From Octopus bimaculoides (taxonomy: Eukaryota): DNA of 64,000 nucleotides. The notes under the pieces were generated by a model. It was not told the origin of the DNA. It saw only the letters and a list, made by a program, of their open reading frames with translations, and searched no databases. Positions 51,255 through 63,324 of this stretch are shown one piece after another; within the stretch, counting starts at the first letter, position 1, and every line of letters begins with the position of its first letter. The stretch spans positions 72,753,741 to 72,817,740 of the forward strand of contig NC_068991.1 of assembly GCF_001194135.2 (NCBI RefSeq), read 5' to 3'. The position numbers and the translations under genes were made by a program.

Positions 51255-51451
51255 ATTGCGAAAGGTCTGGTTGAAAACCCTCCCCCGACCCAAAAAAAAA
51301 AACAGTTCTTTTACAGGACTTAGAAAAACTGAAGGACTACTACAATAAGTGTATGAATCTGTGAGGGTAATATTTTGAATAAAATCATAATTAACTGATT
51401 TTCCTGTATTTTATTTTACCAAAAGCCAGGAACTTTTCAGCACCCACTCTT
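51255..51451 (+). mobile_element. Mariner 3' end: transposase C-terminus and right TIR
   Basis: LQDLEKLKDYYNKCMNL*G*YFE* (mariner GI.KL..RW.KC...G.Y.E) and terminal ggaacttttcagcacccactctta. Confidence 0.75.
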
Positions 51452-51675
51452 ATTCAGGAAAATCCCAAAACGTTCCTTTTTGATTTAGTTTTATGAATAG
51501 AAGGAAATGAACTTCCCGTGGAGCTAGCTAAATTATTTCACAACGAATCAGTTACGTTAATAAGCAACATTTATTGAGCACGGGCGGGAGTGTTTCATTG
51601 GAATTATAATCTTGAAAGTGTGAACGGTGCACAAATATTTGTAGGCAGAGATACTTCTGGAATAAAGGTACAATA

Positions 51676-52059
51676 GTGGAGGCGCAATGGCCCAGTGGTT
51701 AAGGCAGAGGACTCGCGGTCATAGGGTCGCGGTTTCGATTCCCAGACCGGGCGTTGTGAGTGTTTATTGAGCGATAACACCAAAAGCTCCACGAGGCTCC
51801 GGTAGGTGGCGAACCCTGCTGTACTCTTTCATCACAACTTTCCCTCACTCTTACTTCCTGTTTCTGTTGTGCCTGTAATTCAAAGGGTCAGCCTTGTCAC
51901 ACTGTGTCACGCTGAATATCCCCGAGAACTACGTTAAGGGTACACGTGTCTGTGGAGTGCTCAACCACTTGCACGTTAATTTCTCGAGCAGGCTGTTCCG
52001 TTGATCGGATCGACTGGAACCCTCGACGTCGTAAGCGACGGAGTGCCAACAACAACAAC
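51676..52059 (+). mobile_element. tRNA-derived SINE family C, full length, (CAA)n tail, 12-bp TSD
   Basis: A-box TGGCCCAGTGG and B-box-like GTTTCGATTCC. TSD aaaggtacaata (51664-51675) and aaaggcacaata (52060-52071). Confidence 0.9.
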
Positions 52060-54480
52060 AAAGGCACAATAACAAGGCTAACACTGTGTGTAACAGCAGA
52101 GCGGTTTCGTGCGGTTACAAGGTTACCCAGCAGTAGAGCCGACTGCTTACATTAAGGTAAGCAGTCTCTGATTGATGCAGAAACAACAACAATAACAGTA
52201 TTAGGAAGTGGAAGAACGAGGAATAAAAACAAATGCATTGTATTTTGATTAAAATATTTCGAGAAGCTTTGCAAATTCCCGCCAGAAGACTGGCCATATA
52301 TGGTAAGATTTCACTCATTTGATGTACCGAGTGATTAATGAGATCGGGGGTGGTAATACTTACAAGTTAGTTTGATTTATTTATTTATTTATTTGTGCAA
52401 ACTACGACTTGTTCTCTAAGTCCACTCAACAGTTTCTTATCGGAACCTTGTAGATACTGAGGAAGCAAGCAAAAACCAAAAACAGTAAACAACTGTCATC
52501 ATGTACGTGGAAAAACAGTAAAAGAGAGAGAAAAAAAGATCGGAGATCTGTCGAAGAATGCCTGTTACGCGACGATGCTTATCACATACAAACAAACAAA
52601 TAACTACACTTTTCATTAACGAAATATAAAAAATAAAGGGACAATACATGGAGATAGTAAAAAAAATATATATTTGAGTTTAAATTGATCACTTACAAAC
52701 AGGGATTCAAGGCTGTCAGTGAGAAACTCTGTTATCAGATAAGAGTAGCTTGAAGACAAATAAAGAAAAAAGAAAAAAAGCATGAAACTGTTGAAGTTAA
52801 TCATTTGTTTACAGAAATATGAGACAGTGAGAAATCGCAGTCTTCCTCTTAGGAAAGTATGCATTCATTATGAAGAAGATATCTGAAGTGAGAAAAAGCA
52901 TTTCAACACCAGGATGTAGTATGGCTGGAACAAATCCACAAGAATTATTGTCGCTGCATTTCGCGAAATACATACAGTAACAACAGTTGTAATCTTGAGA
53001 CAGTGAAAACTACTTCAGGACAGGAGAGCAATACACAGAGACTTGATTATTGATTTCTGATAGAAATAATCGACCTTCTGTTGGATTTACGAATTTACTT
53101 TTTACCATTGGGGTGTGGATATAACTAAGCCGTCTGTCTTTGGCAGAAATAAATCAGGTACCACACACACAAAACAAAGAAAAATAAACAAAGTTACGAG
53201 GTTACAACTACTGACCAATAACATGTAAAAAATTGTATACATTTTGTCTGAATCTGTTCCTCTAGAATAATTGTGATAGCAACAATATCATGACAGTCTA
53301 CTAGCAAGACAAGGGAGTGTGAGCTAGGGATGTAATGAACACTTTCTAATCAACAAAAGTGTGGTACTGGAGGTGCAACGAAATAGGGGTTCAGTTAAAG
53401 TCTGGTTCCGTTACAAGTCATCGTTCGGAATTCCGCAGTTTATGGAAAAATATTAACAGCTAATGTCTTATAATTAGCTGGCAGCTCCGTTAGTGACAGC
53501 AATATGACAAGAAATTCTTTGATATATTTAATATAATTGAGAGAAACACAAAGCATCTCAAAATAATACAGTAACGAAAGAGTTAAGCTGAAGTCTGCAT
53601 CAATATCACTTGAGAGGGTTTGCAACGGTAATGGCCATTATATCTACCTCCTCAAGTTTAACTCATGAATTGTGAGCTGCATGTTCCAGAGATGATAAGG
53701 AGTTAGTACTAACGAAAATGTCGGTGACTTGTTTGACGTCATTTTGGTCTCAGAAAAATTCTGTAGTATCGTGCACTTAGCTGCACGTAGGCACAACATT
53801 CTACAATGAGAATAATATTTCAGCTTTTTACTCGGGCAAGTGTTAAAGATGAATAAAATTCCACCTGTATGTTTGTTATAGACACTTCGTGAAGAACACT
53901 TTACTGGTGATATTTTGATGACGGAGAATACGATGAATCGTGAAGCCTATTTCCATATTGCCGCTGACAGATCGCTGTGTCGGAGGACATCTAATTAAAC
54001 TTTGAATAACAATTCAGCAATTTACATCTGAGAGATCGCATTCTGATTCCGCTACGTCTGTCAGAATCTTTGATAAAATAACAGAAGTGACGAGTGTAAC
54101 GATATTGAAAGATACCTAAAAATACGGATCTGATCGATATTCTAAAGTATTTCCTACAAAACAGATACTTAATAATTCCGGGGAAACAATCGTCTGACAT
54201 TAAATAATATTGATTCTGACATGACTTACCTTGTTGTTCTTGGGGAAAATATATATTTCTAGCTAGAAATTTCTTATATACTACATTTCCATTTCTTAAT
54301 TTACGATATGTTGGTGTCATTTTCTAATAAAAATGATATTCCAGAAATAATTTTCGAGATAATGTAGTAGAGGTTAAAGAATATTGAAGTTAGGAATATA
54401 GACTTAACCGAAAACTATACAGACCGGTCAATGCCCGTGTGGTTATCGTAATATAAAATATATCCGCAAGCACACACGCC

Positions 54481-54537
<57 letters not shown>

Positions 54538-55249
54538 AGACATACATGCATACATATATATATATATATATATATATAAACATNNNNNNNNNNNNNNNNN
54601 NNNNNNNNNNNNNNNNNNNNNNNNNNNNNNNNNNNNNNNNNNNNNNNNNNNNNNNNNNNATATATATATATATATATATATACATATGTATGTCTGTATG
54701 TATATACCTACATATATATACATATACACACACATATATATATATATATATGCATATATATGCATGTGTATGTATATGTATGTCAATATCAATACATCTA
54801 CGCACACACTCACACACACACACACACACATTCTCAATCATTCTCTTCTCAAGTTAAAACTGCAAGCGAAACGGATATCTTTCAATACCTTTAGCTATAA
54901 TTCTTTCATTCCTCTCTCTACTCTCTATTTATCGCTATCTCTGCCAATATACACGTAGAAATATATCAAAGAAACCTTATCTGAGTAATTTAAAACTTCA
55001 TTTCTCTGTCACATCGTCCTGTGTTCTATCTATACTATTGTGCGGTGTAGCACGCTCAATTATTTGCTATCAGAGTTTCGTGTTGTTTAAAACATTTTGA
55101 ATGAAACAATAGAATTGTCTGTCTGCTGACACCAGTACCAGAGTAAGAAAACCAGGTTTGATTCCAGGTCATATCTAATCCACATAGCCAGCCCAATGTA
55201 CTTTAAGAAAGGCACTGGTGTTTGGCCATAAAAATTCGAGTAATTAACT

Positions 55250-55560
55250 CTTTGTTAGTAAATAAACCCGATTCGGATATTTGTGGTTTTCGTCACTGTA
55301 CAATTATCTTGAAAAAGTTTTTTTAATGTATAATATAGACGTAACGTTTGATGCTGAATCCGAATTTGTTATTTACTCCAGAAAAATTTTGCAAAAATGT
55401 TACAGGTGTTCAAAGTTTGATAATTTTCAAAATTTTCAGCCAATCAGAAACCAGTGCGTTCGCTGCTTCTTCCATTATTAGGGGTTAGGGGGCACCACCA
55501 TGTCAAAACATTAAAATATAGTGAAAAACATTCGCGAGCGAATTAAATATTTGAAATCTA
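55250..55560 (+). mobile_element. MITE-like relic related to 45080-45350
   Basis: See that feature; also contains ttaggggttagggg. Confidence 0.45.
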
Positions 55561-55770
55561 TGAAGAAACCAACAGGAGTTGCTAGAAATAACAGTAAAAA
55601 ATTGCTTAAAACAGACATTTATTAGTTTAAAATATTCAAGAACGTAAGTTTGCAATATATTCTAGGAGTTTACAAAATAAATTATCTTTCTCATGTCTCC
55701 CTCTCAACATAAATTCACAAAGATGAGAGTCAACCATGGAACTGTATGTTCCACACCGGCGTTGTTTATC

Positions 55771-55879
55771 TTAATACAGGTTTCCATATGCTGTTCATAT
55801 CTGCAATCGGTCTACTTAGGAGGTTGTTGTGTCCTAGCATATGTGATGCTTCTTTTAGTTTTCGTATTTTCCAGTGGTG
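55771..55879 (-). mobile_element. Penelope-like GIY-YIG C-terminal fragment, inverted
   Basis: HHWKIRKLKEASHMLGHNNLLSRPIADMNSIWKPVL; inverted homolog of 56331-56402. Confidence 0.85.
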
Positions 55880-55915
55880 CCCGGCGTACTAACGATTTTG
55901 TCAGCTTGCCGCCTT
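55878..55915 (-). mobile_element. Isolated SINE family A head
   Basis: gcccggcgtactaacgattttgtcagcttgccgcctt. Confidence 0.75.
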
Positions 55916-55964
55916 AATAATATTATCAATGCAAGTAGCTTAGACAGGCAGAAAATCTGAGATT

Positions 55965-56445
55965 CATTGTAAACTGTCCACAGTCTGTCTACTGTATGTG
56001 AAAAGCCCCTCCGAAAAGATACAAAAGATATGCGGCCCATATGACGTCAGGACAGTATTCAAAAGTAATACAGCACTTCGCAGACATCTCCTTCGAGTAA
56101 AACCACCAACCGAAGAGAATATGACCAAGAACCGCGTATACTCCATCCCATGCAGCTGTAGTAGGTTATACAAAGGCAAATCATGCCGTCCCCTCAAAAA
56201 AAAGGGGCAGAAGAACATCGCAAAACTGTGATCCGGGGAGATATTGATAAATCAGGTATAGCTGATCATGTATGAAAAAATGGAGACCGCCTCCCCCTGT
56301 AGGATGAAGTTAAAATAATAGAGAGAGAAAACCACTGGAAAATAAAAAAAAGACTAAAAGAAGCAGCACATATGTTAGGACACAACAACCTCCTAAGTAG
56401 ACTGCGTTTAGATAGAAACCGGTATTTAGAAAGGATAGAAGAATA
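55965..56445 (+). mobile_element. Penelope-like element, GIY-YIG endonuclease domain (decayed)
   Basis: VCLLYVKSPSEKI..VFKSN..VYSIPCSCSRLYKGKSCRPL..EEHRK..SGIADHV..EVKII..HWKI..LKEAAHM. Confidence 0.88.
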
Positions 56446-56486
56446 TTAGATTTATAAGCCCTAAAATTCACTCCATAATTGCCCAC

Positions 56487-56756
56487 GGGCATATGGCGTT
56501 GTGGTTAAGAGCGCGGGCTACTAACTCCAAGATTCTGAGTTCGACCGGAGTAATAGTATTAATAATAATGTTATTAATAATGTTATTATTAATAATAATA
56601 ATGCTATTAATAATATTAATAATAATAATAACAACCCAAGTTCGAAATTTCCCCAAGACACCCGATGAAAGCTGGAGGGTATATTTCACGGATATTAACG
56701 TTGTGTTAATGTAAATAATGTACATAATTCCTCATCTCTTAAATATAGAACTGTAC
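56487..56756 (+). mobile_element. tRNA-derived SINE family D with internal (TAA)n and a Penelope-like 3' part
   Basis: A-box TGGCGTTGTGG and B-box-like GAGTTCGACC, then a TAA tract, then ...gacacccgatgaaagctggagggtatat... Confidence 0.75.
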
Positions 56757-56789
56757 TTGCTCTGGTCCTGTACCATCATTATCATAATT

Positions 56790-57002
56790 GATAAGGCGTA
56801 GAATTGGAAGACTCATTTGCACTCTGGACAAAGTATTGAGCGGCATTTCGTCCGTCTCTGCATTCTGCATCCAAATTCCACCAAGGTCAACTTTGTCTTT
56901 CATCGTTTCGGGGTCGATTAAATAAGTGCCAGTTGAGCACAGGGGTCGATGATGCCATCCTTATAAAATTTCAGGCCTTCTGCTTATAGTAGAAAGGACT
57001 AT
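56790..57002 (+). mobile_element. SINE family A (diverged)
   Basis: caaattccaccaaggtcaactttg...ataagtgccagttgagcacaggggtcgat. Confidence 0.8.
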
Positions 57003-57523
57003 TATCGTATCGTCATTGTTACACCCCGTCCCGTTATACTTGCATTGCATCTTTCAGAGGTCGATAAAATAATATGAGAGTTGTATGCTAGTATTGATTA
57101 AATCGACATTACTCAACTCCTAAAATAATGTCACTCTATGGGTGTATTGCAAATCCTTGTGGTTACAAACATCATAACGAGTAACAAAGATGGAATAAAT
57201 TTGATTGCATTGTAGCGTAGCAGACCCATGATAGAAAAACATTCAATTTGTCACCATTTAAACTTCTTAGTGTATGAAATTGTACGAATGCACCTTCGTA
57301 GCAGAAATTTTGCATAAGTGCTACCACTTGGAAAGTGGGAGCCCATTATTGTATCTCCCTGAAATATGGAAGATACGTCGAGTAAGGTCATGAAAACGCA
57401 CCCCTGAACATGTCATAAGGCCTTAACCCATGTGGTATTTTGTGTGATCTGTTATTTTTAGCTCCAGAGCAGAAACAGAAAAAGAATATTCTTTATTAGT
57501 CAATGACCGCAATAGCCACTGCA

Positions 57524-57848
57524 AAAGTTGCTGAGAGAAAAAATAATTAATTTACAGTAATTATATAAATTAGCATGTTATTTTGGATTGTTTTTTTAAA
57601 CTTGAGAATAAAATTTGTATTTTAGGTTCTAGTTTAGTTTATTTTTTTATGTGTGTATTTTTATGAAGCTCAGTCCTGACTGGAAAGTAAAAAAAAATCC
57701 GAGTTAATTAATTTCCCCGGGCAAAATGAAAATTAAAGACTGTCAGCATATTTTTAAAGTAATTTATCCTAAATATAGTGAATTAATGTAATTATGCTTA
57801 TTTTCGATATTAATAAAATCAAACAAACTTGGGTATGGCTGTTCGCTT
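57524..57848 (+). repeat. Direct repeat copy 1 (~325 bp)
   Basis: Highly similar to 58668-58998 over its full length. Confidence 0.92.
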
Positions 57849-58228
57849 CTATATAAGGATATCTTTTTTAATGTACTATGATATTTGACGTACTATTTTT
57901 CCTATTTCTAGCAGGTCGAGAAATTGTATACATGCTCCCTTGTTTATTTTTGATGTAGTTCATTACAGTGTTCACGTTTCGTGGTCATCGTTGTTCATAA
58001 GCTTCATGTCAACTGTGTTCCAGGGGAAACGTGATCAAATAACTCCCTGCCGTATCAACATGCTTTCATATGACATCTAGGCAAAGCATAGCGATGGGTT
58101 TAGAACTTCGCTTCGCAACTGCGTGGTTTGAAGTTCAGTCACTCTGCTACAGAATCCGTCCTAACAAATTCCCTTCTCAGGAAGGGAAATTGTTCGACGG
58201 TGTGTGTGAAACCTCTCTCTATATATAG

Positions 58229-58437
58229 GAGAATGGAGATTGGGAAGTTAATAATTGTTTATTATCAACAGCAAATCAGTCATCTTCATTTACGGCCGTT
58301 TCTATTAACACTCAATAACCATTAAATTCAAATGTAAATTTAATGTTTATTGAGGGTTAATAGAAAACGGCTGTAAGTAAAGATGACCGATTTGCTGTTA
58401 ATAATAAATAATTACTAACTTCCCAATCTCCATTTTC
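58229..58437. repeat. 209-bp near-perfect palindrome (arms of ~100 bp, 8-nt loop)
   Basis: Manual alignment of the arms shows about 10 substitutions and 1 indel. Confidence 0.95.
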
Positions 58438-58582
58438 TTCTTCTTTTAAACGAATATAAACTATATATTTTTATATATACCTATTATTTTAAGGAAATTA
58501 ATTTCCCCCAGATATTAGGTATTGAACCAGCATTTCCTTGGATGAAACCATCCTTCATGGGGTTAACAAAATCTCAAATTAA

Positions 58583-58631
<49 letters not shown>

Positions 58632-58667
58632 ATCTATATATTTAGGGGTTTCACACACTTTCTGTCT

Positions 58668-58998
58668 AAAGTTACTGGGAGAAAAAATAATTAATTTTCA
58701 ATAATTATATAAATTAGCATCATATTTTGGATTGCTTTGTTAAACTTTAGAATAAAATTATATTTTAGGTTCCATTTTAGTTTATTTTTATGAGTGCATT
58801 TTAATGAAACTCAACTTGAACTATCTTCTGACTGGGAAGTAAAAAAAATCCGAGTTAATTAATTTCCCCGGGCAAATGAAAATTAAAGTCTGCCAGCATA
58901 TTTTTAAAGTAATTTATCCTAAATATAGGGAATTCATGTAATTATGCTTATTTTCGATATTAATAAAATCAAACAAAGTTGGGTATGGCTGTTCGCTT
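58668..58998 (+). repeat. Direct repeat copy 2 (~331 bp)
   Basis: Highly similar to 57524-57848. Confidence 0.92.
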
Positions 58999-59904
58999 GG
59001 GTATGTAACCGTATGTGGATTGTTGGCGATTTTTCCTTAGTTTTCCTTCTTTCTCTTTGGACTTTCCTGTTTCGTTCCTGTTTCCTTCCCTTCGCCGAGC
59101 GTCAAATTAATATATTTCTTGTGCACGTCCTCGCGTTCGTTTTTTTTCTTTTTCCTCTGTTTTTTTTTCTATGTATATATGTATACACACAGACAAACAT
59201 ACTTACTTAGGGATTTCATACATTTTCCGTCTAACAAATTTGCTGTATTTGGAAACAATCAGTCCTGCTGTCATTAACGTTATTATTGTTATCTGATCGA
59301 ACAGAAATACAAAAATGTTTATAATGTGATCATCCAGCATTTAAGGATTGTATATCTAGGAGCTACTTTTTCTGATATGACCATCCTTTTTTTTTTGTTT
59401 AACGATGGCTGGATGTAAAAGTGAGAGAGAATTCACTATTAGTTACACCAGGTCGGGCGATAATAGAAACTCCCTCCATTGTTTGTGTAGTTCCGTGGAT
59501 TATTGATATTTCTTAGAGCCCAGATTATGCAGGTCATGCAGACCTGTCATCAAATTTGTTCCAGCGACAACACTACCATTTTATTCTTCGAAATAAAAAA
59601 GGGCTTACATTATGCAATGTTTCGTTTACTTTTTACAGACATTTGGACGCGGTTTACGGAAGATTTGTTTGCTATTTCTACAAAGTCGAGCGTTTTGCAG
59701 GAAGTTCAATTGCCGGAAGTCGAGTGATGTTTTGGCAAATCTTTCATAAAGTACTGTGTTGTTGGTATATGTGAGATGCGTTTCTGATAAAAGTGGAGAG
59801 TGGGGAAGTTAGTCCACTAAGTGAAGAAATTAAACGAGTTAAAGGCAAAATACTTTTATCAAATTACTTTTAAATTAGTTCTGTTAATATCTAGTTCAAA
59901 TATA

Positions 59905-60104
59905 TTTTCTGATTTAAATACAAGGGTAAAAACTTGGATAACAGGGTATTAGTCAATATTAGCGACCCCAATTCTTGGTTAGTACCTGATTTTATCAACT
60001 TCGAAGGAATGATTTGAGCACGGAATTGAACAGAGAACGTTAAGAGCCGAGAAAAATCCCGCAAAGCATTTTTGCGACGCTCTAACGATTCTGCTAACAC
60101 GCCT
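59905..60104 (-). mobile_element. SINE family A (old)
   Basis: ggaattgaacagagaacg...aaagcatttttgcgacgctctaacgattctgc. Confidence 0.7.
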
Positions 60105-60971
60105 CTTTATTTGGTTTAAATAATGCACACAAGGAAAAACAACAACAAGAAAACAAACCATGTCGCCATTAAAAAAGATGGCTGCTAAAGACGAAAGAAG
60201 ATTGATCGGTTTTTGAATGTTTAATGATAATGAGTATAAATAATTAGATATTCAGAGTTCTATATTATCAGTCTGAATTGTACAAGATGTTCCAGTCAAG
60301 AAATTCATAAAATATAAAACGACTTTTGTTGCTTGTGTCATGGTAGCTGTCGGTGTTCAGCATATGGTGCATGTATGTCTGTGATAATCCGGAGCTGGTT
60401 TGAGTTTCAATATTACCTCGCGGTTGTTGAGAAAAATGTCTTCAAGTACAGTATCAAATCGCCCGAACCTTTGTGAACGGAATCTTGGAGAAGGAAACTG
60501 TACGGAAACGCTTCAAAAAGTCATAGTTTCTGTTCTTTAATAGTAAGCTTTATCTGTCGTTAGACTTGACATTACTGTGTGAGATTCTTCAAGGCCTTTA
60601 GTGGTGACGGTCCTGAAAAGGTCATGGGCATATTTCTTCCTCTGTCTAATCCATCAGTTGTTTTTAATTGTGGTACACTGTTAGCCCAACAATGGTACTT
60701 AATTTTATATCCCCCAGAAAAAAGGAAAGTAAAGTTAACCTGACCACGGTTTAATAAAACAAAAAAATTAAATCTTTCTGTGTGAAACAAATCCTGAAAT
60801 AACTCTAAGTGTTAAGTCATTTAATCTTTATTTTTGAGGCTAGTATGAATGTCATAGATTTCAGATAATTTTTATATATTAAAATTAAAAAAAAAACACA
60901 GGCTATTATTGCCTTTTGATTAACGAATCCGCCTGATGACATCACATGTGAATGTTATAAACCAACATAAA

Positions 60972-61165
60972 AACATTGATCCTGGATGTTAGTAATAAGA
61001 CAATGATATAATAATGATGTAACAGTAAGCATTGAGCCTGAAGATTAGTAATAAAACAATGATATAACAAGCAAACATTGAGCTTGAAGGTTAACAATAA
61101 GGCAATGATATGATGATATGGTTGATATTAAATGATTATAATAGAAGAACATCGAGTTAGCTGTC
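60972..61165 (+). repeat. Degenerate minisatellite (units of ~46-74 bp starting cattga)
   Basis: Unit starts at 60974, 61030, 61076 and about 61150. Confidence 0.75.
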
Positions 61166-63324
61166 AAGGAATATTGAATTAGGAGGTTTTTCTTTCTCCG
61201 AATTGAGTTTGTTTCTCCGAGATTGTTACTAGAAGCATTCATACAATAACGGCTCGATTTAATCATGTTTACACGCAGTTTTTGTAACAATTAGCCTTCT
61301 ATCTAAAGACCACATTTACTAATATTATTGTTGTTTTCTGCTGACACCCCAAAGTAATCCATGTGTCAGAGAGTAAATCAGTAAAATGAATATTTTTTTT
61401 AAAGGAGGCGGACCATACCTCATGGTCGTTGATTTTATAGGGATTTTGAGAATATGGAAAAAATGAAGAAATCATCGCTTATAAATCATTTTCGGGCAGT
61501 GGATGCCTTAAGTAGACTTCACCTAAGGAATTTAAAGGCCAGGTAGCGGAGGTTACCACCCAAGTGCTGGTACTGTCCACCCGAAGCACTGTCGCAAAGT
61601 TTATGTCAGCCCAGTAGCACTCACAGAAACGTGTCCAACATGTGGAGATGTGTTGTTGAATCTGGAAGCCCATAGCTGGGAAATGAATGTCTTAACAATA
61701 CAAAAATGTTACCTTATCTGGTCTTATAGTAACTGAATCGACGTTTCACTTCAGCTTAGAATCACGAATGTCGTTCTCAAATGCGCAATTCCTACGCTAT
61801 GTGGTTCCTCAATAAATATTGCCAGCCGTTTATTTTCAGTCAAGTACCACTGCATATAATGTCAGTAATGATAACATTGATATAAAGAGTCTACAAGCAA
61901 GTGAGAAAATAGGTGGATTTTTAGAGTTATCACAGGTAACGTGTCTTTAACAAGGTTCGAACTATTAAGTTTTCTTGATAATTGGGTATTTTACTCCCAA
62001 ACAGTGAGTCTGTTGACCATTTAGCATTCATTAGTAAATCCAAAGACTTTAACATTGAAGACATATCTTCTAAGCAGAATTCCTCGTTTTGCTCGTCAAC
62101 AAAGCAAAGATCTGGCAGTTAAAGCAAAGTAAAATCTGAACATAAAATTTCCAGTAATCGTCTATTTTTTTATGTCTTGATTTTGCAATATAAAGTCTTA
62201 GCAATTTTCTCTGTATTTAAAATTTTGTACAATAGGGTTATATTGTGAGACATTTCCTTAATCTAGAATGAAGTACATAACACAGTAAAGCCAAACGGAA
62301 ACGAAGGAAAACCTAATCGATCAATGTGAATGGGAAGCAAAGTAAATCTGGCAATAAATACTACTTATACAGAGGAAATTAAATATTTCACATTCTTTTT
62401 ATCGCTTAGACAGCGGACATTGCTTGTGACTATTTCTTGTGAGAAATAAACCACAGAAAGAAGAAAAAAAATCAAGTAAGTTAACTCTAAACAACAAACC
62501 TACTACTATAGTGATTATAAATGATTGAAAGTCACTATAAAATATTTTAGAGCAGACAATGTAATCTCAACAATTTAACAATATTTTGCAGACGACCAGA
62601 AGAGTGCGTGGCTGAGAATATAGTAAATATTTATAGAAACTGGACTAATTCAGACACTATTTTGTTTTCATTTTTAGCAGCAAGTATGCTGGCTTTCATT
62701 CCGTGTATGATCAAATCTGCATTAAAATAATTTTGTCGCTCTTTTTGAATAAATGGCAAGGACCATTTAACTCATAAAAATGGCATGTCTTTTAATAATG
62801 CACAAATATGATAATAGATTTAACTAATTGCATCTCTCTGAGCATTAATCAATTAATTTTGTCAAATACTATCTCTTGAAGTAGTCGGACGATTTTAATT
62901 CGATTACAACTTTGAATTACAAATAGTTGGCACATGTACCATAAGGTTACAATCCAATTTTGGCATTCAGTTGTGTTCCTGGCAAAAACACTTAACATTT
63001 CTTATTTAATAACCCTGCCTAATTAGAAAGTAAGTGGCTACTTGAACGAGAAGTTAACTTACGATAATGTTAGTATCTTATACGGTGCAGATTTGACTTT
63101 AATTTTACAGGATATTGACAAAAATAGTGGGCGGTTAAAGATGAAACTAAAGGCTAATGTAAGTTTGCTCCGATTAATTAGATTTAATCGCTTGTTCACG
63201 AGTAGGGCGCAATGAAAATGAAAATATAAAGGCTAATTCAATTTATGATAATACATAATTTGGAATTTATGGTTTACTTCGAAAATCGAATAAGGATAAA
63301 ATCTTAAATATCCATTATTATAGA

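Noticed and set aside
51676-51750. Functional tRNA gene (also 56487-56546)
   Set aside because: The tRNA-like heads continue into SINE bodies and lack a proper acceptor stem and terminator.
54230-54238. 9-nt minus-strand microexon (ttttccccaAG|AACAACAAG|GTAAGT)
   Set aside because: Strong donor, but an AAG acceptor, no upstream UGC enhancer and no gene context. Such sites are expected by chance in 64 kb.
60972-61165. CRISPR-like repeat-spacer array
   Set aside because: Eukaryotic context, degenerate repeats, irregular AT-rich spacers and no cas genes; it is a minisatellite.
61480-61690. Gypsy pol fragment (AVDALSR, CPTC)
   Set aside because: Only short motif-like matches in different frames, without the expected flanking residues.
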